Source of the DNA: Phaeosaccion multiseriatum
Taxonomy: Eukaryota; Protista; Ochrophyta, other classes
Assembly: GCA_965112735.1 (NCBI GenBank)
Contig: OZ218956.1
Coordinates: forward strand, 1,674,001 to 1,738,000
DNA: 64,000 nucleotides
Direction: 5' to 3'
A program made the position numbers and the translations under genes. The number at the start of each line of letters is the position of its first letter. Position 1 is the first letter of the stretch. Under the pieces are notes generated by a model. The model searched no databases, had not been told where the DNA came from, and was given only the letters and a program-made list of their open reading frames with translations. Of this stretch, positions 54,373-64,000 are shown in pieces.

Positions 54373-54781
54373 GAGGAGGAGGGGCAGCAGTGGCAGTAGG
54401 GCAGGGCAGTAGGCTTCGTGCTGAAGAGAGCGGAGGGGGCAACTGGTGATGATGGAAGCTTACTGCTGCAGCTGCCCCTCCTGACCTCCTCCGAGCACGA
54501 CATGGTCTGAGTGCCCGAACGAACATGGACCATAATCGAACGAACATGGACCAATATCGACAGTCAAAGGTCTCGCACCAATGCCCCCTTCCGCAGTTTA
54601 AGGAGGATACAAAGGGGAGAGGAAGAGACGGACTCCCCCTGAAACTGAAACTTGGAAGTCGACTACGGGCCGTTGTCAGCTGTTATTGGTTCTCGCCACA
54701 TCGCTCATTGCTCTCTCTGCCACTTACTTCTCTGTGGTTGCTATTATCGTTTCACCCCCCTCTAAGTACCGAGGATGCCTA

Positions 54782-57265
54782 TTATTCTGCCTTGAAAACC
54801 ACACGGCCTTCGTTGCTGTCCTCCCCCGCCGTCGCGGGGAGTAGGAGCTCTTCGTTGAGGTACGCCAGCACTGCAGGCTTGAGCACGCTGACGCCATCAG
54901 CACTGCCGCGGCCTCGCCCGGTGATGACAGTGATCTGTCCCTGCACCCTCTCCACTTGGAGAGCGTATCGAAGGGCGGCCTTGGCGGTCCACTCCGAGTG
55001 CTCGTGCAAGTCCATCACCTTGCCTTCATCGCTCTTCTTCCAATGTGACAATACACTCTGTGCGACGGCCTCTGCGTACAAGCCGTCAGCCGAGCTCCAT
55101 TGCTCGTGCAGGGACAGAACGTCGATAGCAGCTCTGTAGGTTACTTCGTTGGGTTCAATGCCGTCTGCGCGCATCAGCTTCAACAAGTCAAGGGCCCTAC
55201 CATACTCTCCTGCCTTGCCGCAAGCAGTAATCGCAGAGCTGTACGAGACTTCACCAGGCTGAATGCCTTCCCTACGCATCTCCTCCAGCAAGTCTAGCGC
55301 CTTCTCGTGCTCTCCTGCATTGCCACAAGCACTAATCGCAGAGCTGTACGAGATTTCATTGAGTTGAAGGCCTACGCTGCGCATCTCCTTCAACAAGTCA
55401 AGCGCCTTCACCTGCTCTCCTGCCTTGGCACAAGCATCAATCGCAGAGTTGTACGTGATTTCATTGGGCTCAATGCTTTCCCTGCGCATCTCCTGCAGCA
55501 AGTCAATCGCCTTCTCATGCTCTCCTGACTTGGCACAAGCAGTAATCGCAGAGCTGTACGAGATTTGATCGGGTTTGAGCCCTTCCTCTCGCATCTCCTT
55601 GAGCAGGTCCAGCGCCTTCTCGTGCTTTCCTGCGTTGCCACAAGCACTAATCGCAGAGCTGTACGAGATTTCATTGGGCTGAACTCCTTCCCTGCGCATC
55701 ACCTTCAGCAAGCCGAGGGCCTTCTCATACTCCCCTGCCTTGGCGCAGGCATCAATCGCAGAATTGTACGAGATTTCATTGGGTGGAAATTCTTCCCTCC
55801 CCATCTCCTCCAGCAAGTCAAGCGCCTTCATATGCGCTCCTGCCTTGGCGCAAGCATCAATCGCAGAGTTGTACGATCTTGCGTTGGGTTGAAGCCCTTC
55901 CGTCCGAATCTCCTTGAACAAGTCAAGCGCCTTCTCGTGCTCGCCTGCCCTGCCACAAGCAGAAATCGCAGCATTGTAGGAGATGTGATCGGGTTGCAGG
56001 CCCTCTGTCCGCATCTCCTCCACCAAGTCAAGCGCCTTCTCGAACTCTCCGTCCTTTCCACATGCGTCAATCGCAGAATTGTACGAGATGACATTGGGTT
56101 GAAGGCCTTCCCTCCGAATCTCCTTTAGCAAGTCAAGCGCCTTCTCATGCTCTCCTGCATTCCCACAAGCCTCAATCGCAGAGCTGTAAGAGATGACACC
56201 GGGCTCAACCCCTTCCCTCCGCATCTCCTCCAGCAAGCCAAGGGCCGTCTCGTGCGCTCCTGCCTTGCCACAGGCAGATATCACAGAATTGTACGAAATG
56301 TTATCGGGCTTAAGGCCTACCCTGCGCATCTCCTCCAGCAAGGCAAGCGCCTTCTCGTACTGGGCCGTCTTGCCACATGCAGAAATCGCAGAGCTGTACG
56401 AGATGACATCGGGTTGAAGCCTCTCCCTCCGCATCTCCTCCAGCAAGCCAAGCGCCTTCTCGTGCTGCCCTGCCTTGCCGCAGGCAGTAATCGCAGAATT
56501 GTAAGAGATAACATCGGGTCGAAGGCCTTCCCCCCGCATCCCCTTTAACAAGTCCAGGGCCTTCTCGAACGCTCCTGCATTGCTGCAAGCAGCAATCGCA
56601 GAGTTGTACGTGACAACGTCGGGTCGAAGGCCTTTCGTCTGCATCTCCACCAGCAAGTCAAGCGCTTTCTCGTACTGCCCAGCCTTGCCACAGGCAGAAA
56701 TCGCAGAGCTGTACGTGAAATCGTTGGGTTGAAGGCCTTCCCTCCGCATCTCATCGAGAAGGGCAAGCGCACCCTTCCATCGCCCAGCTTTGCCCACCGC
56801 AGTAATGGCAGTCGTATACAAAATTACATTCATCTGAACCCCGTCTACTTTCGCCCCCTCAAGCGCTTTCGCAACCCCCCTCCAGTCGCGCATGTTCCCA
56901 AGCCTCTGCAGCACTTTGTTCAACTGCACTTGCTGATCTCGTTGGCTGCCACCCCCCCCGCCTTCTCGCTGCTGCTGCCCTCCCGTGTTAGTAAGATTGC
57001 CACCCGGGGCTCCATGGAGGTGGAGCGAGCGAGTCCCCGATCGCCGCGGAACATGCACCGCCCCTGTGAGGAAGGAGTTTTGTTTTTCCACAGGAGTGTG
57101 CTGTGCAGGCGAAGAGGTGGATGACGGAGCAGAAGCCCATCTTCCCCACGAGCTTTCACATCCACCTGCAGCACACAGCCCTCTTCCACCCCCTCCTCCT
57201 GGGTAAATGAATCCCGTCCCGGTGCTTCCGCTATTGGCCGTCATCCAAGGGGGGCATGGCCCCAT
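54782..57265 (-). CDS. Intronless P-class PPR protein with C-terminal SMR domain (16 canonical and 2 degenerate PPRs)
   Basis: 35-aa repeats xISYNSAIxACGKAGxxEKALxLLxEMRxEGLxP(N/D); SMR motifs MDLHEH, ITVITGRG, LKPAV, NEGRV; first ATG at 57265. Confidence 0.95.
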   Translation of the reverse strand: MGPCPPWMTANSGSTGTGFIYPGGGGGRGLCAAGGCESSWGRWASAPSSTSSPAQHTPVEKQNSFLTGAVHVPRRSGTRSLHLHGAPGGNLTNTGGQQQREGGGGGSQRDQQVQLNKVLQRLGNMRDWRGVAKALEGAKVDGVQMNVILYTTAITAVGKAGRWKGALALLDEMRREGLQPNDFTYSSAISACGKAGQYEKALDLLVEMQTKGLRPDVVTYNSAIAACSNAGAFEKALDLLKGMRGEGLRPDVISYNSAITACGKAGQHEKALGLLEEMRRERLQPDVISYSSAISACGKTAQYEKALALLEEMRRVGLKPDNISYNSVISACGKAGAHETALGLLEEMRREGVEPGVISYSSAIEACGNAGEHEKALDLLKEIRREGLQPNVISYNSAIDACGKDGEFEKALDLVEEMRTEGLQPDHISYNAAISACGRAGEHEKALDLFKEIRTEGLQPNARSYNSAIDACAKAGAHMKALDLLEEMGREEFPPNEISYNSAIDACAKAGEYEKALGLLKVMRREGVQPNEISYSSAISACGNAGKHEKALDLLKEMREEGLKPDQISYSSAITACAKSGEHEKAIDLLQEMRRESIEPNEITYNSAIDACAKAGEQVKALDLLKEMRSVGLQLNEISYSSAISACGNAGEHEKALDLLEEMRREGIQPGEVSYSSAITACGKAGEYGRALDLLKLMRADGIEPNEVTYRAAIDVLSLHEQWSSADGLYAEAVAQSVLSHWKKSDEGKVMDLHEHSEWTAKAALRYALQVERVQGQITVITGRGRGSADGVSVLKPAVLAYLNEELLLPATAGEDSNEGRVVFKAE

Positions 57266-57371
57266 TTTCCTTTCCAAACACGAATGTGACGCTGTTGTCC
57301 ATCGTGACAGCAGACTAAGTCAACGACATAAGTCAACAATCTCAAAGTAACGGCACAAATATATAATAACA

Positions 57372-60215
57372 ATGAGGAGAGCCAAGCGAGCCACGGTGGC
57401 GCCAGCGAAGCACTCGCCGAAGAAGGGAGGAGGTTCTACTGCGGCTGCTTCCATCAGCGCCGCGCCTTCATATGACTGCGCCGATGGGATGAACCAAGAA
57501 GGGCAGGAGGAGGTGGAGGAGGAGGAGGAGGAGGAGGAGGAGGAGGAGGAGGAGGAGGAGGAGGAGGAGGAGGAGGAAGAGGAGGAAGAGGTGTGGATAG
57601 GCGGAAAGCTTCGACCCAAGCTTCAAGATCCGAATAACTATGATGGCAGTGATAGATGGTGAGTGCGACGCTGATTAGGGTCTACGTTGTGCCTCTCCCA
57701 CCTTTCTCTGCTAACCTCCTCTTGCCATAGTCTTGGCCCTTTAAACCCACTATTACCATGCACACATCATCTCTCCAGGTACGAGCCGGGATCTGTAGAG
57801 TGGAACGCTTCGCTATTGCCCCTAGATCTCTCCTCCGCGTGCTCTCACATCGCCCGGGGGGGTAGCGGCCACCATGGCAAGAAAGCGAAGCGTCCATTGC
57901 AATACTCGGGTAAGAGGAAGCACAGCAGAAGAGGGGCCTTTTCTATATCATCTCACTCTGTTGCTCACATAGGTACGCACACCTACCCGCACATGAATTA
58001 CAGGACTATGGCAGTGCTTTTGTCCGTGCTGGGCGGCCGCCCGCAAGGAGTCCATCATACACAGGGAAGAGTCGACAGTTCCGGACTGCAGCCCCTCAGC
58101 CTGCTGTTGCTGTATCACCAACTGTTGCGGCTACTGCGGCTCTTATCAAGCCGCACCGTCTGGGATCTCTCCTCGGCAGCCGTACAGCAGCGAGTATGAC
58201 GTCGAAAGCGAGTCCTGCCGGAGGCACTGCTGCGCTCAGCGACCACACCCATCCCCATTGCTGTCTCAGACGATGAAGCGAGACGAGGAGTGGGGGGGGC
58301 AGCAGCATGGTGGTGAGGCGCGGGGAGGCGGCAGGCAGGGTCGGGAGACTGAGGGTGGGCAGACGAAGGCCACAGCAGGAGACGACGAGAGTGGGACCCC
58401 GCAGCCGCTGGACTCGGGCGGCAACAAGAAGAATACAAAGGAGGACAAGAGTGACGAGAAAGCCGCCTGGAAGCTGCCCGCCTGGGCCGCTCGTCCGTGG
58501 CTAGCCTGCAATCTGGGACCGCGCGGCTGGCAGCGATGCCACATGACGTGTCTTGTACCGTGCCTGCTACCTTGTGTGGCGGTGCGAGACCGACGGGCCC
58601 TGAGAAGGGCCTATCCCTTCAACAAGCACTTCATTACCTCATGCTGCTGCACCGAGGTGGGGTAGGATGGACGTGTGAGCGTGCGTGGCGTGGGGTGGAA
58701 TCCTGTTGCGGCCTGGCCTGAATGAGAAGACTCTGAAAGGGATGGGAGAGGGCGAGAGGATAGACAACGTGATGCGAGCCAAAGTCACAGACAGCGATCG
58801 AACCAGCTCGTCCGCCTCCAGGCTACTTGGAGGGTCCTCATCCAAGTACGATTCTCTAACGCCGCCCCTCCTCTCTCTCTCCCTCTCTCTCTCTGTGTGT
58901 GTCGCTCTCTCACTCTCTCTCGCTCACTCGCTGGCTCGCATGCTGTTTTCTCTATCTTTCTCTGTTCCCCCAATTGTACTTGCTCTATACGGTGCCCTAT
59001 TTTGCTCCCATAGGAGGCCAAAGCCTGCCTATGCTGCCCGTGCGCACTTCGACAGGTACGTGTGTGCGTGTGTGCGTGCATGCCTGTGTGCGTGCGTGTG
59101 TGCCTGCGTGCGACCCCCCCCCTCGCCACTTGCTTACTCACTCTCGCGCCCCCCGCCCCCCGCCCCCCACCCACACATACACATACACCGCCCCTCTCCT
59201 CTCTCTCTCAGCACCACCTCTTCCTGGTGGAGAGGCGAGCGCTTGAGCTGCAGGAGAAGGAGGACGTCTTTGAGGACTATGAGCATGGGCATATGGGGGG
59301 AGGAGGAGAAGGAGGAGGAGCAGGAGGAGACCTTGACGAATCTGACGCAGCAGGGCTTCGAATACGCCGCGCCATCGTCGCCAGACGGAGAAGGCCCGGG
59401 CTGGGGCACGGCCCATTGCTACACTACTCTGGACACTCCAATCGGAGATGGACTGCGCCTGTGGGGAAGGGGCCGGCGGTGCCTATGTTTAAGGTAGGTG
59501 GGGGCAGCGAGGGGCTCCAGCGGTGCACAGTCCACGGCGCTCCCCTACTTCTTTCTTCCTTCTGTGGCGGCGAGGCTCTACGTGTTCTTGTTGTGTGTTC
59601 TGTGGTGATTGCTGTTGTGAATTGTATTGCTGCCTGCACACAACCCCCCTTTGCTCATCTGCTGCTATGCTACCATCCCCCCGACTCCCTCAGGTGGTGC
59701 TGCTTGGGTCTCACGGAGTGGGCAAGACGTCCCTCGTGGACATGCTTGTGCACAAGCCTTTCTATGCGTCGTATGTGGCGGACACAAAACTCAAGACGGC
59801 AGTGAGGATGTACCAACTTCGCACGGAGGAAGGGGAGGAGGAGGAGGACGACGACGACGAGGAGGAGGAGGACGACGACGACGAGGAGGAGGAGGACGAG
59901 GCGGGGGGGGAGACTAGGGGAGGAGGTAGAGGAGGAGGGGGAGGAGGGGAGGCCTTCCCGTCCGCTTGTCTGCACTTGCACGACGTCCCAGCATCCACCA
60001 ACTTAGATCGGTACGTGGGTACGGGTCGGCCGGGGTGAGCGCGCCACTGTTAACGCGGCGAGGATAGCGTGCAGCACCCCTCTCACCTCTGCAGCCAACT
60101 CTCAAGGCTCATGCGCTGCATCAACCTGCGGCCAGAGGACCATCGCTAAACAAGACTCAGACACTCACACGGTCCGACTTGTCATTTGCCTCTTTCTAAC
60201 GTGAGCATGGAATGT

Positions 60216-60286
<71 letters not shown>

Positions 60287-60978
60287 TGTGCGTGTGTGCG
60301 TATCTCTGTGTGCGTGCGTCGCCCACAGGCGGCCGGTCTGGCTGGAGGGTTGCGACGCTGCGCTGCTTCTCATGGACCTTGATGATCGCAAGGACGTTGA
60401 AACCGTCAAGGTGAGCGGGAGGACCGACGGGAGGACCGAGGGGCGGGGGCGAGGAGAGGAGGCGAGGGGCGGGGGCGAGGAGGGGGGAGAAGGGCAAGGG
60501 GGTGGTCTTCTAGACAAGTAGAGGCATATGGAGGCGTATCGAGGCCTGGGACGATACTGTGGAGGCTCTGTTGATCCGCCAGCTGCCTGCCCCCAACATT
60601 TTCCAACGACGTGTCCGCCGGTGTCCTCTCTCTCTCCCTCCCTTCCTTCCTTCCTTCCTTCCTTCCTCCCTCCCTTCCTTCCTTTCTTCCTTCCTTCCTT
60701 CCTTCCTTTCTTCTTTCTTTCTTTCTTTCCTTCCTTCCTCCCTCCCTCCCTCCCTCCCTCCCTTCCTTCCTTCCTTCCTTCCTTCCTTCCTTCCTTCCTT
60801 CCTTCCTTCCTTCCTTCCTTCCTTCCTTCCTTCCTTCCTTCCGTCCTCCCTCCCTCCCTCCCTCCCTTGCTGTCCCTCGCTGTCATAGGGCTGGTACTAC
60901 GAGCTGGAGAAGCACAGCGCAGGGAACATGCCCGCCGTGTGGATTGTGGGCACCAAGACGGACCTCGTGCCCCCGACA

Positions 60979-61029
<51 letters not shown>

Positions 61030-61446
61030 TGTGTGTGTGTGTGCGTGTGTTTGTGCGCGTGTGAGAGAGAGAGAGAGTAAGAGTGTGTGTGTGAGGGCGT
61101 GCACTCGCGAGTGGGTGGGTGTGGGCATTGCAGCTGGTACCCCGAACAACTTAAAAGCAAATCATATCATCACGGATACTAAGACAAGTACCTCGTGTGT
61201 GTGTGTGTTTCTGTGCGCGCGGGTGTGTGTATGTGTGTGTATGCGCGTGTGTGATTTTTTACCTGCGTGTCGCGTGGGTACTTTGGTTTGCACAGGTGCT
61301 TTTTCCTGCGGGAGATTTGCGAGTGGGCGGGCGCGAAGGGCGTGGGCGTATGCATGACCTCGGCCTTCAGCGGAGAAGGCACCACACGACTGCTGCACCA
61401 AGTGGTGAGGGCGGCCTTCAGACGACATGGGACGACTGGGCGATAA
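57372..61446 (+). CDS. PLAC8-like Cys-rich domain fused to a Ras-superfamily small GTPase domain (exons 57372-57658, 57779-57909, 58004-58656, 59014-59055, 59212-59493, 59694-60010, 60329-60410, 60889-60980, 61296-61446)
   Basis: PLAC8-like W..SL...CFCPC...RRALRRAY...CLCCPCALRQ; then FKVVLLGSHGVGKTSL (G1), LHDVPA (G3), WIVGTKTD (G4) and MTSA (G5). All 8 introns are GT-AG and phase-consistent with no stops. Confidence 0.8.
60640..60865. repeat. (CCTT)n/(CCCT)n intronic microsatellite
   Basis: Directly visible. Confidence 0.95.
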
Positions 61447-62338
61447 AGCAACAATGATCCAACAATGATCCAGCCTGACTGCCTAAGTAAACCCAACCCT
61501 GCGGCTCAACATGCCACTGGTGGTGTAGTGCCTTTATAAAAATATAAAAATCAGCCACAAACAACTGTGTGGAGGAGGCTTCCTTCCTCCCTTGTGCGGC
61601 CACTGTCTGTCATTAAGTCATTCGCACCGTTCAGAGAGCAAGCAGTGCCTACAGTACCCATAGCTTGTATGCCTCCGAAGTGCGACATTGAAAACGAGAC
61701 CCCCTGCACTTCGCGCTACGTAGCAAGGTCCTGCCTTCCTCCCTTCCGTACACATACACACACACACAGGTTACACACTCTCTCCCCCTCTCGTCCCTTC
61801 GCTGCTGTGAGCTCTGCCTCCATCTCCCCGCTCCCAACCTCCTCAGCCGCCCTCCTCTCTCTCTCTCCTCTATGTACAAAAGCAAAGTGTGCTTGAACGG
61901 CTGACGGCACCCCCCCTGCCCCGGTCACAACTGTCGCAAGTTCAGCATAGCATAGTCAAGCTCTCCCGAAGGACTCCTGCAGCTCTTGAGAGACACACAC
62001 TGCCTTGCCCTTCTTCGCTGGCAGCCCTTCCTTCCGTCCGTCCGTCCGTCCGTCCGTCCTTCCTTCCCGCCCGCCTACTGGACAGTTCACTCCCACCTCC
62101 ACCCGCTGCCACCCTCCCTCCACGTTTCGAGGGGAGGAGAAAGAGCACGGTGTCGAACAGAGGCGACAACTCGCGGTCCTTGTGGTGAAGATGGATCCAA
62201 TGCGCGGCGTCCATTTCCATCCCCCTTCCCCTATTCCGAGCCGGATGCTTGCCGTCGGTAGCGCTGTTGCCACTTCTGCAGGTGATGAAACCTTTCCTTC
62301 CATGCCTCCCCTCTCGTCTCTCGTCCCCCCCCCCCATC

Positions 62339-63548
62339 TTATTGCTGCCTCTTTTTTAAGCCTTCGGGAACGATGTTCACAACCCTCGTCACTTCCTTCA
62401 CCAGCATATCAACAGCGGCCTGACGGAATACGATAGCAGGGCGGGGTGATGGGGTGACGGGAAGGGAATGAGGCATTGCAACGTGTGTCAATTGATGAGA
62501 AGACCCTCTCTTTCTCCGGCACACACAACCCCCCCTTCCCACACACACACCCCGTCTCATCTTCTCTCCTTCTCGTTTGCCTCTTTCTCGTAATAAAGTT
62601 ACTGTTATACGACATCACATGCGGCTGAGCAAGACCCATCATGATACAGCTATAATAGAAGTGTGATCCCCCTCCTTCCTTCCACAGCCTCAACCCACCC
62701 ACCTTCTTGTTTGCCGCGAAATCGGCCGCCATTTTAGACACTGCCGCGTCGGTCTCTCGCTTGAGAGTGGCCTTCTCGTCGCCGGACGACCCCAGAGTCT
62801 AGGAGGCGAGGAGAGGCGAGAGGCGAGATGGAAGTGAGCGCAGAGTGGCACGAGGGGGGGGGGGGGGGCAGTCGAGCGGAGCGGAGGGGAGGTAAATGCC
62901 GTGGAATGGAATGGATTCTCCTTCTCTTTTTTTTTCCCCACAAGACTGCCTTCCAAAGATAAGCATCTTTCTCTCTCTCTACCCCCCACTCTCCCTCACC
63001 GATTGCATCGTGGCCTGATAAGATGCCTCCTTCTCTGCCCTATACGAATTAATGAGGCCTTCCGCCTCCTTCTTGGCCTCCTTGAGACGCTCGCTTCGGG
63101 CTGGACGGAAGATGAACGGGGAGGGGAGGGTGTAAGAGTCATTGGGGGAAGGGTCAAAAGATAGGAGAGTAGCGGGAGAAGTAGTTGAAGGAGAGGAGGA
63201 GATGCAAATGCATAAGAAGCGCACAGAAGCTCCGGTTCCCTCCTCTGGTGCATGCCTTCAGAAAGTCCAGCCGTCGCCCGAACCACGTTCATCTATTCCC
63301 TCCGACATATTGCCATGCGGAAAGGTACCCGCACCAGAGCCTGGACCTATGCCACTGCCTGTCAGCCGAGTATAGCATATTCGTGACTACTCTCTGGCTC
63401 TTCCCCCCCCGCCTGCACGCACCAACCCTCTCTGTGAGGGAACTCCAGGATACGCACCACTTCTGGCTTCACTGACGAGCTGCGACGCCTGCGCCTCCGC
63501 AGACATCAGGTCATCGTACTCCTTGCGCCCTCCTCCCATGCTTGCCAT
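62339..63548 (-). CDS. VMA10: V-type proton ATPase subunit G (exons 63548-63458, 63100-63000, 62798-62703, 62419-62339)
   Basis: LMSAEAQASQLVSEARS|ARSERLKEAKKEAEGLINSYRAEKE...NKK|AAVDMLVKEVTRV; size and motif pattern typical of subunit G. Confidence 0.93.
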
Positions 63549-64000
63549 CTTGTTCTTTTCTCTTTTCACTCAATTCTGCGCCCTCTCTACAGTATTGAGG
63601 TGGGTCGACATAGCATATCGATATCGATAATCGATATCGTCGGTCGCGTTCCGCGAATGAATCTCGGATGCAAAACATTATAAAGGGAAGAGCAGCCCAG
63701 ACCATGTACTGTGGAGGAGCAGCCCAGACCATGCAGATACCATAGAAGGGGAGGAGGAGAGCAGAGGAAGAGGAGGGAAGAGGATGTCGAGAAGGAGAGG
63801 AGACTGCGCAGCGTAGTATTTTCTTTCCATTACTAGCGTTAGGGCGGCTCATGCACATGAGCAGGAGGAGTGCTGCCGCTTGTTCCAGGCATGCGACACG
63901 GAGAGCACGCTTTGGGGGCTGAAGTGTCGGAGTGCTGAGCGGGTACAATCGTCAAGGTCAGAAAGCAGCTAGGACGAAGGGAGAGAGGAGGAAGAAGGAG

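Noticed and set aside
55100-56800. 105-bp tandem DNA repeat as a satellite, and its antisense ORFs
   Set aside because: Fully explained by PPR coding repeats on the minus strand

Overview
Gene-dense, GC-rich eukaryotic nuclear DNA with many short GT-AG introns full of microsatellites. An 'AF'-type bipartite plastid presequence suggests a photosynthetic stramenopile (inference). Most ORF-track entries are microsatellite or antisense artefacts. Manual phase-checked splicing gives about 12 genes: the 3' end of a Tudor-like protein, an ankyrin-4xPAM2-RING E3 ligase, a GT92-like glycosyltransferase, an Hsp70 without terminal EEVD, a plastid-targeted phosphate-carrier-like SLC25 protein with GSGY repeats, a large RCC1-propeller/mucin-stalk/TRP-like membrane protein, a folate carrier, a ZFC3H1/Red1-like protein fused to LRRs, a hypothetical protein, TRM13, an intronless PPR-SMR protein, a PLAC8-small GTPase fusion and V-ATPase subunit G. 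Non-coding highlights: a family of miniature inverted-repeat elements with TCG(A/G)CCCC termini and 6-bp target-site duplications (three complete copies, all between divergent genes); a non-LTR retrotransposon endonuclease remnant; and an exact 16-mer (GCTGTATCACCAACTG) found five times in coding and non-coding DNA on both strands. No rRNA, tRNA or CRISPR arrays were recognised. Family assignments come from motif recognition, not database searches.
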